Source: Candidatus Hydrogenedentota bacterium
Lineage (GTDB): Bacteria > Hydrogenedentota > Hydrogenedentia > Hydrogenedentales > SLHB01
DNA: 59,029 bases
NCBI GenBank assembly: GCA_045863335.1
Contig: BTVY01000047.1
Location: 1 to 59,029 of the forward strand
Direction: 5' to 3'
The notes beneath the pieces are model-generated. The model was given only the letters and a program-made list of their open reading frames with translations. It searched no databases and was not told the DNA's origin. The translations under genes were made by a program, and so were the position numbers. This document shows positions 1 to 10,246 of this stretch, piece after piece; position 1 is the first letter of the stretch; each line of letters opens with the position of its first letter.

Positions 1-205
1 TACCTTGTCCTATATACTGTTCGCTCGCCCTTTCCCGGCGTTTAGGACAGCACTGGAAGGGGGATAAGGGGGATGTTCTTCCAAGACGTACGGCACCTTA
101 TTCGTGCTGACACGCAATGCGGACCCACAATCTCGCAAAGAATAACAATGCCGCGAACCATGACTCGCATGATTCGCGGCATCCTCTCACGATTTCAGTT
201 ATCTG

Positions 206-2656
206 CTATGGATTCGGGATGAGCCACGTCTCCGCGACCTGCGGACCCCGGCCTTCGATAGCCTTCCACCGGAGATCGAGCACGCCATCCGCCGTGGCTT
301 CCGCCGGAATCGCGAACTCCAGGATCTCCGGCAAGTCCGGCGACTTCACCGGCCCGTGCACCTCGTACTGCTCGTCCGCGGTGAGCGTCATGGTCGCGTG
401 GAAGCGTCCCTGGTACACGGCGCGCAGCGTGTAGGTCTTCGCGGGATCGAGTCCTTCGTACCGCATCAGCAGGTCCGTGCGGAAGAGCGTTTGCGCCTGG
501 TCCAGCCAAGAGAGCCTTGGCGGCACTTCTCCTGCCGGCAATGGCGCGGAAGGCGCTTGGTAAGCGGCCAGCACCGCCGGTTCAATCTGGTAGTTGGCGA
601 ACTCGTCCTGCGGCGACTCCACGAATCCCGGGTCTTCCTCCCAGGTCTTCTGATGGACGAGATGCGGTTCTTCTTGCGCATTGCCGAGGTCGTCGTAGAT
701 CGCGCCAGGCGCAGGCGTTTCCCAGTTTACAATCCGATCGATGGCTTCGAGTTGCTTTGCGGGATCGGTTTCGGCACGGATCGCCGCAAGCTGGGCATCC
801 AGCCAAAGCCGATCGTTCAAAGGCTGGTCCATGCCGTCGATCACGGCGCCGCGTTGCATGCCGCTCGCGCCGTATTTCTCCACGCTGAGTTGCATGCCAA
901 TGCTGTCGAAGAGCTGTTGGCCGAGCTTCTCGATTCGGGCGCGCAATTCCGGTGCGGCGGGACTGTCATCATACATGGCTAACGCTGCTTGTGCGGCGTC
1001 CACGGCCGCAGCGGCGCCGGTATCGGCCGCCTTCGCCAGCTCGGCGTATGCTTTCGCTTCCGCGTCGGACTCCTGCAACAACCGGGCCTTGAGGTACGCG
1101 TCGCAGTAGGCGCGGAGCAGACCAAGCTGGAACCGCCAGTTCTTCTGCAGCGTGGCGGCATCCGCTTTCGCTTCCATGGCCTGCCAATGGCTCAACATCT
1201 GGTCCACGCCCGCATGAGTCGCCAGCGGACCCACCCAGTTCTGCTCCTGTCCGAGCAATCCCGCGACAGCGTCCTCCGCAAAGTCCGCACCGTAGAAATA
1301 GCGTCCGTACTGACGCAGGATCTCTTTCACATCCATGTCCGGGTCCCAGCCCCGGGCCGTCCACACGATCTTGTTCACATCGTCGTTGACGCCATCGGAG
1401 TACGTAACAAACCCTTCGCTCAGCGGGACCTCCATCCCGTGAATGTGGGTCTGCGCGAGGGGCCGCGGATTGGCGCATTCACGGCCCAGCGTATTCGCGA
1501 ATGCGCGGTCCCAGTTCGGCACCGGGTATTGGCAACGCACCGTGTGGGTCACGTCGGGATAGGTGCGCACACGATAGGGTTTGGGCGTGCGCTCACTGAT
1601 TTCCTTGAGATTCATCTTGGCCCAGGGACCGAAGATCACGCCGGTCAACCACTCAGGCTTCTCTTCCGCCAGGTAGGTGAAGAAGTAGTCGCAGTCCTCC
1701 AGTTCAAAACCCTGGGTCGACACCCACAACTCTGCGCCAGGGTGAACCTCCCGCAAATTCGCGGCGAACTTCTCCAGAAAAGGCATCAAGTGCACCGGCG
1801 CGGTCTCTCCCGGGTCGCCTCCCGGGACGAACACGGCGTCCAACACGGGCAGTTGCTGAAAGATGAGGCGGCTCGTCTCGAGTTCCTTCTTGGCCGCTTC
1901 CGGTTCGGCCATGTCGCCGTTGAGCGCGTGCCAGGTCCACACGTCGATCCCGTAGGAATCGATGATACGGCACAACTGCGCATTCATGGCCTGCACGTCC
2001 AGCTTCATGTGCGGACTGTTGTCGTTCCCGCCCGTGTCCGGGATGAGTTCGATCGCGTTCGCGCCGAACACGATCAAGTCGCGGATGTACTGTTCGAATT
2101 GCTGCGCCGTCCAGGCATCCCAGGTGTTGTTGGCGTTGCGATAGCCGAGCTGATGGCCCCGAATTCTATTGCCCGGGGCGCTCGCGATACGGAGCGCGGG
2201 GTCTGCCGACACTTCGCCTTTCCGCATTTCCAGCGCGCGTAGCAGGCGGCCCACGCCGAAGAGTACACCGCGGCCATCGACGCCGACGATATACACCCGT
2301 GGCGCGGGACCCCCCGCCACCCACAGTGCATAGGCCTCGTCCTTTGTGGGCATGGAGACGCCCGCGGGATAGGTCGGTGTGGCGCCAGGCAACCCCATGG
2401 GCGTGCCGAGGACAATGGCGGGAGCGTCGCCTTCAATGCGGCTAGAAGTTGAGAGCTGAACCCCCGTTCGCTCCCGCACTTCCTCGATTAGCACTTCCGA
2501 TGCCTTGGCGACAATTGGATTGGAAACTTCGCGGACGACCACTGCGTCTGTCAGGTCTATCCCGGTCTGCGCCGACGCGTTGGAAAAGCACACGACGACG
2601 AAAAGAACAACGGGTGTGAACAAACACGGGATAACGATTCGAAAACGGCCGGGCAT
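206..2656 (-). CDS. Secreted glycoside hydrolase-like protein (GH20/GH67-type N-terminal domain), substrate unknown
   Basis: Long ORF with a signal peptide ending NASA-Q. The segment EAYAL...VYIVGVDGRGVLFGVGRLLR resembles the GH20/GH67 N-domain. Start moved to the ATG at 2656 because of an upstream GGGGGAG RBS. Confidence 0.65.
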   Translation of the reverse strand: MPGRFRIVIPCLFTPVVLFVVVCFSNASAQTGIDLTDAVVVREVSNPIVAKASEVLIEEVRERTGVQLSTSSRIEGDAPAIVLGTPMGLPGATPTYPAGVSMPTKDEAYALWVAGGPAPRVYIVGVDGRGVLFGVGRLLRALEMRKGEVSADPALRIASAPGNRIRGHQLGYRNANNTWDAWTAQQFEQYIRDLIVFGANAIELIPDTGGNDNSPHMKLDVQAMNAQLCRIIDSYGIDVWTWHALNGDMAEPEAAKKELETSRLIFQQLPVLDAVFVPGGDPGETAPVHLMPFLEKFAANLREVHPGAELWVSTQGFELEDCDYFFTYLAEEKPEWLTGVIFGPWAKMNLKEISERTPKPYRVRTYPDVTHTVRCQYPVPNWDRAFANTLGRECANPRPLAQTHIHGMEVPLSEGFVTYSDGVNDDVNKIVWTARGWDPDMDVKEILRQYGRYFYGADFAEDAVAGLLGQEQNWVGPLATHAGVDQMLSHWQAMEAKADAATLQKNWRFQLGLLRAYCDAYLKARLLQESDAEAKAYAELAKAADTGAAAAVDAAQAALAMYDDSPAAPELRARIEKLGQQLFDSIGMQLSVEKYGASGMQRGAVIDGMDQPLNDRLWLDAQLAAIRAETDPAKQLEAIDRIVNWETPAPGAIYDDLGNAQEEPHLVHQKTWEEDPGFVESPQDEFANYQIEPAVLAAYQAPSAPLPAGEVPPRLSWLDQAQTLFRTDLLMRYEGLDPAKTYTLRAVYQGRFHATMTLTADEQYEVHGPVKSPDLPEILEFAIPAEATADGVLDLRWKAIEGRGPQVAETWLIPNP

Positions 2657-2885
2657 AGTACGACTCCCCCTTTTCAATCTCTTGTGTTAATCCTGCTAGG
2701 AATGCAGAATCAGTTCTACTCCCCCAATTACGCGAGCGTATCGCAACGCCATACCAACTGGCAAGAAACGCGCACGATTCGGTTCATCCATCACGATTTC
2801 CGCGCTTGCTCTCAGGGGGGGCACACGCAAATGGTTAGTTTCCACCCGGTCGAAATGGTTGTAGAACTACTGGGGCCCGAAGCGT

Positions 2886-3287
2886 TCAGTAGCCCCCATG
2901 TTCCCTCAACACCTCAATGACCTCTTCGGTCCCGGGGGATTCTTCCGCGTAGGTGATGGGCGTTTGCCCGTCGGCGTTCGGCATGTTCGGGTCCGCGCCC
3001 TGCTCAATCAGGTACTGCACCACATCGACACGGCGAAACGACGCGGCGTAGTGCAGCAAACTCTGGCCCTCTTGGTCGAGTTCATCGACGAGGCCAGGAT
3101 CCGCGCTGACCAAATTCTTAATCGCCTCAAGATTGCCAGTCCGAGCCGCGACAACCGGGTCTGGTTCGTTCGGATCCAGATTCGTCTCCGCGGTGCCGCC
3201 GCCATCTCCGGAACCCGATCCGCACCCTGCAATCAACACACACAACATCACTCGCGTCAAGTGCCTATACACAACCCGATCCTCCAC
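2886..3287 (-). CDS. Ankyrin-repeat lipoprotein
   Basis: IAGC lipobox; GQSLLHYAA and GADPN...GQTP ankyrin motifs. Start uncertain. Confidence 0.85.
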   Translation of the reverse strand: MEDRVVYRHLTRVMLCVLIAGCGSGSGDGGGTAETNLDPNEPDPVVAARTGNLEAIKNLVSADPGLVDELDQEGQSLLHYAASFRRVDVVQYLIEQGADPNMPNADGQTPITYAEESPGTEEVIEVLREHGGY

Positions 3288-3458
3288 TTCCTGAAAACCT
3301 GCGTGAACACACGCCTGTCATTGCTTTCTCAACCACGCCTCAGACGCCCGGTGACCCGGCCGGTCGGCACCGGGACACGGCAGACAATCCGCATTCGCAT
3401 TACAAGATGCCCGTTGCGCTCACGGAGCACCCTGGCCAAAATGACCGCGTGCGCAGAG

Positions 3459-3497
3459 GCCAAGTGCCGGTCCCCTAGCGGGGTGCCGGCACTTGGC
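3459..3497 (-). terminator. Strong hairpin downstream of the DUF1559 gene
   Basis: GCCAAGTGCCGG...CCGGCACTTGGC perfect 12-bp arms; no clear U-tract. Confidence 0.5.
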
Positions 3498-3560
3498 GTT
3501 GGAACCATGGGTCAACCCGCGATCACGCGAATACGCGCGAACGCGCGTGCAACAAGCCGA

Positions 3561-4622
3561 TTACGGGAAGTCGAGCTTGCTGTTGCTGGCGGTGTACCCG
3601 GCGGGGAACTTGAAGGCGTACTGGCTCATGGGCCACGGCTGTAGTCCCGCGCCGTGCCGCGCGAATTCGACGTGTCCATCCATGAACAGGACGTTGGCGC
3701 CGCCAGGAACGTGATTGAACCGGCCAGGGTCCACTCCGCCGCCGCCACCGTCGTACGCACGGCTCTCGTCGTACATCACAACCAACTCGGACTGCGCTTG
3801 CGCGGAGCCTGCCGGGTTGTTGATGTCCGTGATGGCGTAACGCTCGATGCCTTCACGAAGAGGATTCACTATGATCTCTTTGTTCGTATTCGGCAACGTG
3901 AGTTCCACGCCTTCGTCCTTGTCCTCCCAAAGCAGCGCGGGGCCCCAACCGTAGTCGTCCGCCCTGCTGGCCATGAACAACCCGACATTGTGGAAGTCCT
4001 CGTGCACGGTCATCCAATCGTTCATGATGGCCTTGCCGATGTAACGGTAACCGCGCACGTCACCCGCCCACCAGGTACCGGACGGGCGCTGGCTACCGAA
4101 CGCAACGGGGTCGATCATGAAGTGGGGCGCACAGCGATTCGGCTCGGCGACGCAGTCGATGTCACGGCCGTCGCCGGGAACGCCAACCCTGCCGAAGCAG
4201 AGGTGGTCTTTTTTCAGCGTGGCGGCGTCGGAGCAACCGATCAGCGTGTTCTGGTTGTTCCCGTAGTCCGTGGCCATCACTTGAGAGTGCTTACCCGAGG
4301 AGGGGCAGCTTCCGATGTGGATGTCGGTCAGGTACTCCGGATACACTTCCCACGCGCCCGGCAAACCAATAGAGAATGTTTCTCTATTGGCGGCGAAGTG
4401 CGTGAAATTCATGTACGGGAAACGCCCGCCCTTCGATTCGTTCGAAAACATCTTGAAGATCAGACCCCACTGCTTCAGGTTGTTTTGACAGGAGGCTCGC
4501 CGTGCGGACTCGCGCGCCCGCGCGAGCGCCGGGAGTAGAATAGCTGCAAGGATACCGATGATCGCGATGACGACCAGGAGTTCAATAAGGGTGAACCCCT
4601 TCTGCTTTCTCATCTTTTCCAT
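3561..4622 (-). CDS. DUF1559 / prepilin-type N-terminal cleavage protein with H-X9-DG C-terminal motif
   Basis: [15 protein letters not shown]; [18 protein letters not shown]; [16 protein letters not shown]. Confidence 0.92.
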   Translation of the reverse strand: MEKMRKQKGFTLIELLVVIAIIGILAAILLPALARARESARRASCQNNLKQWGLIFKMFSNESKGGRFPYMNFTHFAANRETFSIGLPGAWEVYPEYLTDIHIGSCPSSGKHSQVMATDYGNNQNTLIGCSDAATLKKDHLCFGRVGVPGDGRDIDCVAEPNRCAPHFMIDPVAFGSQRPSGTWWAGDVRGYRYIGKAIMNDWMTVHEDFHNVGLFMASRADDYGWGPALLWEDKDEGVELTLPNTNKEIIVNPLREGIERYAITDINNPAGSAQAQSELVVMYDESRAYDGGGGGVDPGRFNHVPGGANVLFMDGHVEFARHGAGLQPWPMSQYAFKFPAGYTASNSKLDFP

Positions 4623-5268
4623 TAGTTCGTCCTTTTCCTGAAACCCGTGGAATTATCCACGAATATCCAGAGTGTGCAAAATGATAATTTCAATCATATC
4701 AGGGGATATACTCAAGTGACTGCACCGGGAGTCACTCTTCCAATGGGATGAATTCTCGTCGCGCCCGAAGACCCTCCCCTTGCGGTCGCACGCCACTCGC
4801 ACAACCTGCCCAAACCTAGTATGCACCCACATCTTCATTTTTGCAACAGAAATTTTCGTAGATTTCCAAAAGGCAAATTCGGCAATAAAATACTTGTTTT
4901 CAGAGGTTTACCAAAATTGTCCCATTGGGGGGGGGGCAAATATGGGGATACCCCTCCGTAAATAATGGCCAAACTTTTGGGTAGATGAGAGGGGCCTTAT
5001 GGCCCAGTTTCTAGCAGCGACGAGTCGGCAATTCCGCAACAACAAGCCGTAATCATTACGATATTCTGTGAATTCTTCGTATTTCCCGTACGTGTCCTAG
5101 GAATGATAACGAACTGCACGCTACTTGCGATTTATTTATAGATTTACTTAGTTCAAAGTATTCGGAATCAGGCACATTAAACGCAATCGTGAAATCGCGC
5201 ACGATTTTCTGTTCCACCCCATTGCCCGCGCGTGAAAGCCCACGGAAAGCCCATGCAGTGTGGCCAAC

Positions 5269-5298
5269 TTGACATATGAGTCCCCATTTTCCTACCAT
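5269..5298 (+). promoter_or_regulatory. Sigma70-type promoter of the NifA-like gene
   Basis: TTGACA (5269-5274), 18-nt spacer, TACCAT (5293-5298). Confidence 0.6.
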
Positions 5299-5306
5299 AT
5301 CGTACG
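5291..5306. promoter_or_regulatory. Imperfect CCTAC-N6-GTAGG operator overlapping the -10 element (possible autorepression)
   Basis: CCTAC CATATC GTACG, one mismatch to the palindromes at 7350, 8543 and 8576. Confidence 0.5.
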
Positions 5307-5345
5307 TTCCCCCACGCAACCATACATAGCGGGTATATTTTCACT

Positions 5346-6935
5346 ATGTCACAGACCGAATCGAATGTTCGCGCCAAGCGCCCCAGCCCCCGCATCAAGC
5401 GGGATGTGAGCGAGTTGTCCCTCCTGTTCGAAATCAGCCAGACTCTTGACCGCAGCCTGGACCTGCGCGACGAGGTGGGGTCGGTGCTCAAGGCCATTGC
5501 CAACAACACGGGCATGGTGCGGGGCACGCTGACCCTGTTGAACCGCGACACCGGCGAGTTGTTCATCGAAGCCGCCCATGGCCTCTCCGACAGCCAGCGG
5601 GAGCGGGGCCACTATCGGAAGGGCGAAGGCGTCACGGGGATGGTCGTCGAGACGGGCCGGGCCGTGGCGATCCCGCGAATCTCGGATGAACCGACCTTTC
5701 TCGACAAGACCGGCGCCCGGCAGAAACTGGAGCGCTCGGAGATTTCGTTCATCTGCGTGCCCATCAAGCTGGGCAACGAGACCATCGGCACCCTGAGCGT
5801 GGACCGCTTGTTCGACGATCAGATCTCGCTCGACGAGGACGTGCGGCTGCTCGCCATTATCGCGTCCATGATCGCCCAGGCGGTGCGGCTGCGGCAGGCC
5901 GCCATGGAGGAGCAGCAACGGCTCCGGGAAGAGAATCTCCGCCTCCAGAACGAGCTAAAGGATCGCTTCCGTCCCGCCAACATCATCGGCCGGTCGAACG
6001 CCATGCAGAAGGTGTTCGACCTCATCGGCCAGGTGGCCAAGAGCGACGCGACGGTGCTGATTCGCGGCGAGAGCGGCGTCGGCAAGGAGATGGTGGCGAG
6101 CGCCATCCACTACAACAGCCTGCGCGCGACGAAACCGTTCATCAAAGTGAACTGCGCGGCCTTGCCGGAATCCGTCATCGAGAGCGAGTTATTCGGCCAC
6201 GAGAAAGGCGCCTTCACGGGCGCGTTGAATCAACGCAAAGGCCGCTTTGAACTGGCCGACGGCGGTACGATCTTCCTGGATGAAATCGGTGATCTGGCGC
6301 CGACCATGCAGATCCGGTTGCTGCGGGTCTTGCAGGAGCGCGAGTTCGAACGGGTCGGCGGCACGGAGACCATCAAAGTCGACGTACGGATCATCGCCGC
6401 GACCAATCGCGATCTGGAAAATCTGATGGAAGACAAGACGTTCCGGCAGGACCTGTATTACCGGCTGAACGTGTTTCCCATCCACATTCCGCCCTTGCGC
6501 GAGCGGCGCGCGGACATTCTCGATCTCGCCAACCACTTCGTCGAGAAGGCCGGCAAGTCGGCGGGGAAGAATGTACGCCGCATTTCGACGCCGGCCATCG
6601 ACATGCTGTCGAGCTACCACTGGCCCGGCAACGTGCGCGAACTCGAAAACTGCATCGAGCGCGCGGTGCTCCTGAGCAACGACGACGTCGTCCATGGCCA
6701 TCACCTCCCTCCCACGCTCCAGACCGCCGAAGCGTCTGGCACGGTCATGAAGGAGACCCTCGAAGCCACGCTCGACAACGTGGAACGGGAGATGCTCATA
6801 GAAGCCCTCAAGAATTCGCGCGGCAACAAGGCCAAGGCCGCCGAAGCCCTCGGCATCACGGAACGCATCATGGGACTGCGGGTGCGGAAGCACAACATCG
6901 AACCCCGCCAATACCGGACCGCGCGCTTGGTGTAG
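5346..6935 (+). CDS. NifA-like sigma54-dependent activator (GAF + AAA+ + Fis HTH)
   Basis: N-terminal GAF domain; Walker A GESGVGKE; [15 protein letters not shown]; Walker B FLDEI; WPGNVREL; C-terminal HTH. No nif genes in the window, so nifA is not assigned. Confidence 0.93.
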   Translation: MSQTESNVRAKRPSPRIKRDVSELSLLFEISQTLDRSLDLRDEVGSVLKAIANNTGMVRGTLTLLNRDTGELFIEAAHGLSDSQRERGHYRKGEGVTGMVVETGRAVAIPRISDEPTFLDKTGARQKLERSEISFICVPIKLGNETIGTLSVDRLFDDQISLDEDVRLLAIIASMIAQAVRLRQAAMEEQQRLREENLRLQNELKDRFRPANIIGRSNAMQKVFDLIGQVAKSDATVLIRGESGVGKEMVASAIHYNSLRATKPFIKVNCAALPESVIESELFGHEKGAFTGALNQRKGRFELADGGTIFLDEIGDLAPTMQIRLLRVLQEREFERVGGTETIKVDVRIIAATNRDLENLMEDKTFRQDLYYRLNVFPIHIPPLRERRADILDLANHFVEKAGKSAGKNVRRISTPAIDMLSSYHWPGNVRELENCIERAVLLSNDDVVHGHHLPPTLQTAEASGTVMKETLEATLDNVEREMLIEALKNSRGNKAKAAEALGITERIMGLRVRKHNIEPRQYRTARLV

Positions 6936-6996
6936 GGGAAGCACACGGACCTACGCCGGCGGGCAGGGATGGGTACGGGGCGGTAGGGCTATGGTC

Positions 6997-7317
6997 AAGT
7001 CCGAAATTCGAAGCACGAAATCCGAAACAAATATGAATGACCGAGATTCAAAAAGCTGCCCTCCCTGTAGCTTGGGCGTCCGCGCCCAAGAAGCCTCGGC
7101 GCACCCCCCTTCACAACCAGAAGGCCTTGGGCGTCGTCGCCCAGGAAGCCTCGGAACCCCCCCGTCAAAGTCAAAAGACCTTGGCGCGGACGCCCAAGCC
7201 ACGGCGTAGATTCTTATCAGCACAACTTAATTGCGTTTGCACGACATCCTGCGAGAAGGGCATCCCTTTCGAGATTTAGATCATTAGAGTTTGTTTCGAA
7301 TTTCGGATTCTAGATTT
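6997..7317. repeat. Nested REP-like element: heptamer-rich outer inverted arms around a GGGCGTCCGCGCCC-type inner inverted repeat
   Basis: Outer arms AAGTCCGAAATTCGAAGCACGAAATCCGAAACAAAT and GTTTGTTTCGAATTTCGGATT. Inner CTTGGGCGTCCGCGCCCAAG-like unit twice, then the reverse copy CTTGGCGCGGACGCCCAAG. Confidence 0.7.
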
Positions 7318-7349
7318 CCAGTACCATGGGGTTAGAAAACTTCGGGGCT

Positions 7350-7365
7350 CCTACAATTTGGTAGG
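7350..7365. promoter_or_regulatory. Palindromic operator/UAS CCTAC-N6-GTAGG
   Basis: CCTAC AATTTG GTAGG about 140 bp upstream of a -24/-12 promoter; half-site GCTAC at 7383. Confidence 0.7.
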
Positions 7366-7502
7366 CAGTTGATTACCCTCAGGCTACCAACCTGACGCAC
7401 CCAAATCCGCTCCGGCCTCGCACCATAAGCGAATTTTCTGCAAGCATTTACCGAATCCGACCGCGGGGCGCCAAGCCAACCGCGTCACTCACGTCATTCC
7501 AT

Positions 7503-7518
7503 TGGCATGCCGGTTGCT
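7503..7518 (+). promoter_or_regulatory. Sigma54 (-24/-12) promoter
   Basis: TGGCATGCCGGTTGCT with exact GG-N10-GC spacing, 23 nt before the ATG at 7542. Confidence 0.8.
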
Positions 7519-7541
7519 TTTCCCCTGCCCGGAGTTTTTCT

Positions 7542-8525
7542 ATGAACGCATTCCGGGATGACGAAACAGACGACCTGAACCGGATCGAGCGGTCTCCCGC
7601 GATGGAGCAGGTGTACGCCATGTGCACCCACGTCGCCCGGGGCAATGCCGCGGTCCTCCTGCGCGGAGAACGCGGGACCGGCGCCGCCACCATCGCGCGC
7701 GCGATTCACCGGATGAGCGCGCGGGCCGGCAACCCCTTCGTAACCGTGAGTTGGCCGGAAGTGACTGAGTCCTTCGTGGAAAACGAGTTGTTCGGGCTGG
7801 CGGGTTCCCCGGCGAATGCGTCGCACGACCAAGGCAAGATCGAGCAGGCCGAAGGCGGCACCTTGTTCATCGAGGAGGTGGGCGACTTCAGTCCGGCCAT
7901 CCAGGCGAAACTGATGCGGTGCATCCGCGAACGAACTTTTGTGAAACCCGGATCGACGACGCCCCAGCCCGCCGATGTCCGCATCATCGCGGCAAGCCGG
8001 CAGGAATTGGATCGGCTGATCGAAGAAGGCCGTTTTCTGAAAGACTTCTGCGATGAGCTGTCTGTTTTCACGATCCGCATCCCGCCATTGCGCGAGCGCA
8101 AAACGGACATCCTGCTGCTGGCCCAGCACTACCTCCGTAAACACGCCGACGCAGCGGGGAAACCGGTCCAGCGGCTTTCATCCGACGCGGCCAGCCGCCT
8201 GTTGGATTACGCCTGGCCCGGCAATTTGACTGAACTCGAACACTGCGTGGAACACGCGGTGCTTGTGTGTCCTTCAGGCGTTGTGGAACTGGAGCACCTC
8301 CCTCCCATGCTCCAGCGCGCGGATTCCTCCCCGAACACAACCGAAGATTCCCTGTCGGCGACCCTCGAATCGGTGGAGCGTACGCTGATCATCGACGCGC
8401 TACGGGCGTCGAATGGAAACCGCTCCAAGGCGGCCCAACAGCTCGGCATTACGGAGCGGCTCATGGGACTTCGCGTTCGCAAATACGGGATCGAACCGCG
8501 GGCCTACCGGTCGGGAAGCGCCTGA
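7542..8525 (+). CDS. Degenerate sigma54-activator paralogue (no sensor domain, no Walker A Lys, no GAFTGA, HTH retained)
   Basis: GERGTGAA replaces GESGVGKE; ENELFGLAGSPANAS replaces the GAFTGA loop; FIEEV; YAWPGN. HTH nearly identical to the upstream gene. Confidence 0.85.
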   Translation: MNAFRDDETDDLNRIERSPAMEQVYAMCTHVARGNAAVLLRGERGTGAATIARAIHRMSARAGNPFVTVSWPEVTESFVENELFGLAGSPANASHDQGKIEQAEGGTLFIEEVGDFSPAIQAKLMRCIRERTFVKPGSTTPQPADVRIIAASRQELDRLIEEGRFLKDFCDELSVFTIRIPPLRERKTDILLLAQHYLRKHADAAGKPVQRLSSDAASRLLDYAWPGNLTELEHCVEHAVLVCPSGVVELEHLPPMLQRADSSPNTTEDSLSATLESVERTLIIDALRASNGNRSKAAQQLGITERLMGLRVRKYGIEPRAYRSGSA

Positions 8526-8542
8526 CCGATCGGAATCCGGAA

Positions 8543-8591
8543 CCTACCGGCGCGTAGGCGAACGCCCGGAGGATTCCTACCAACTGGTAGG
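8543..8591. promoter_or_regulatory. Tandem CCTAC-N6-GTAGG UAS sites upstream of amtB
   Basis: CCTAC CGGCGC GTAGG (8543-8558) and CCTAC CAACTG GTAGG (8576-8591); a further half-site at 8606. Confidence 0.75.
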
Positions 8592-8692
8592 CACGACCGG
8601 CCGAACCTACCTCCCCGGCAGATTTCATAACAGACCCTTAACTGTAATAATCTTAATATGTTAAAGCTTTAATGCTAGACCTATAGCATTCT

Positions 8693-8708
8693 TGGCACAG
8701 ACCTTGCA
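8693..8708 (+). promoter_or_regulatory. Sigma54 promoter of amtB-glnK
   Basis: TGGCACAGACCTTGCA, near consensus, preceded by an AT-rich tract (about 8637-8675). Confidence 0.88.
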
Positions 8709-8797
8709 CTCTCGTCCAGCCGGCAGGTCCGTACCCGTTCCGTGTGGGTTGAGCAGACCGAACTGGATGAAGTGATTGAAAAAGGAGATTGAGAAGC

Positions 8798-10216
8798 ATG
8801 GGTAACTTCACGAGACGCATGGTGCCGATTGCCATGGTGCTGCTGGCAATCGGCATGAGTCCCTGGGCCATGGCCCAGAACGAACCGGGAGCGGCGGAAG
8901 CCATCGCCGCCGCTCAAGAGCAGATGCAGTACAACGCCAACGTGTTGTGGACCTGCGTGGCGGCCTTCCTGGTCATGTTTATGCAGGCCGGATTCGCCAT
9001 GGTCGAGATGGGCATGACGCGAGCCAAGAACTCGTTGAACATCCTCATGAAGAACGTCATGGACTTTTCCTTCGGTTCGGTGGCGTTCTTCGTGGTGGGC
9101 TTCGGCATCATGTTCGGCGCGACCAACGGTTTCTTCGGCACGTCTGGCTTTCTCCTGAGCGACGTGGACTGGGCGGCGGACGACGCCTTGGCCCAGTGGC
9201 CATGGACCTTCCTCATTTTCCAGACCGTGTTCTGCGCCACGGCCGCCACCATCGTGTCGGGCGCCATGGCGGAGCGCACGAAGTTCGTGTCGTATCTGGT
9301 CTACAGCGTGCTGATCAGCGCCTTCATTTATCCCGTATTCGGTTCGTGGGCGTGGAACGGCCTGAACGGCGATTTCAACGGCGGTTCGGCCGGATGGCTG
9401 GAGGGCCCCGACGGAGGCCAGTTGGCGAGCATGGGGCTACCGGCTTTCTGCGACTTCGCCGGTTCGACCGTCGTCCACTCTGTGGGCGGTTGGCTCGCGC
9501 TGGCCGGCGCGCTGATCCTCGGACCGCGTATCGGCAAGTATGGTCCTGACGGCAAACCGCGCGCGATCCCGGGCCACAATTTTGGCCTGGCAGCCCTCGG
9601 CGTGTTCATCCTGTGGCTCGGCTGGTTCGGCTTCAACCCGGGCAGCACGACAACGGCCAACGGCGAAATTGGTTACGTCGCCATTACCACCAACCTGGCC
9701 GCAGCAGCCGCCGCCATCACCGCCATGTGCACATCATGGCTCATTTTCAAAAAGCCCGAACCGTCCATGACGTTTAACGGCGTACTTGCCGGTCTCGTCG
9801 GGATCACGGCGCCCTGCTATACGGTCAGCCCGGTCGGCGCCTTGGCCATTGGCGCGGTTGCGGGCGTGTTGGTCGTGTTCAGCGTCCTCTTCATCGACCG
9901 CGTACTGAAGGTCGACGATCCCGTCGGCGCGGTCAGCGTGCACGGCGTCTGCGGCGCTTGGGGCACCCTGGCTTGCGGCCTGTTCAACCTCGACGGCGGC
10001 CTGCTCTACGGCGGCGGTATGGCCCAGTTGGCCACGCAATTCATCGGCGTCGTGTCGGCCTTTATCTGGGCCTTCGGCGCGGGCATCGTATTGTTCCTCG
10101 CGCTCAAGTACACCATCGGACTGCGCGTCAGCGAGGCGGAAGAAGTGCGCGGCCTGGATATCGGCGAACACGGCATGGAAGCCTATAGCGGCTTCCAGAT
10201 CTTCACCACGCAATAA
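8798..10216 (+). CDS. amtB: Ammonium transporter
   Basis: FMQAGFAMVE, DFAGSTVVH, GWFGFN, DDPVGAVSVHG; signal peptide; AAGGAG RBS before ATG 8798. Confidence 0.96.
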   Translation: MGNFTRRMVPIAMVLLAIGMSPWAMAQNEPGAAEAIAAAQEQMQYNANVLWTCVAAFLVMFMQAGFAMVEMGMTRAKNSLNILMKNVMDFSFGSVAFFVVGFGIMFGATNGFFGTSGFLLSDVDWAADDALAQWPWTFLIFQTVFCATAATIVSGAMAERTKFVSYLVYSVLISAFIYPVFGSWAWNGLNGDFNGGSAGWLEGPDGGQLASMGLPAFCDFAGSTVVHSVGGWLALAGALILGPRIGKYGPDGKPRAIPGHNFGLAALGVFILWLGWFGFNPGSTTTANGEIGYVAITTNLAAAAAAITAMCTSWLIFKKPEPSMTFNGVLAGLVGITAPCYTVSPVGALAIGAVAGVLVVFSVLFIDRVLKVDDPVGAVSVHGVCGAWGTLACGLFNLDGGLLYGGGMAQLATQFIGVVSAFIWAFGAGIVLFLALKYTIGLRVSEAEEVRGLDIGEHGMEAYSGFQIFTTQ

Positions 10217-10246
10217 GATGCCACTTACGGCAAGGAGAACGTTTGA

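Noticed and set aside
1-80. Possible IS end (minus strand CAGTGCTGTCC) abutting a CCCCCTTATCCCCCTT repeat
   Set aside because: Truncated by the window edge; no transposase or partner inverted repeat is visible.
5346-6935. Nitrogen fixation cluster (NifA-like + rnf + nifJ-like)
   Set aside because: No nifHDK in the window, and the operator differs from TGT-N10-ACA; the context points to ammonium-uptake regulation.
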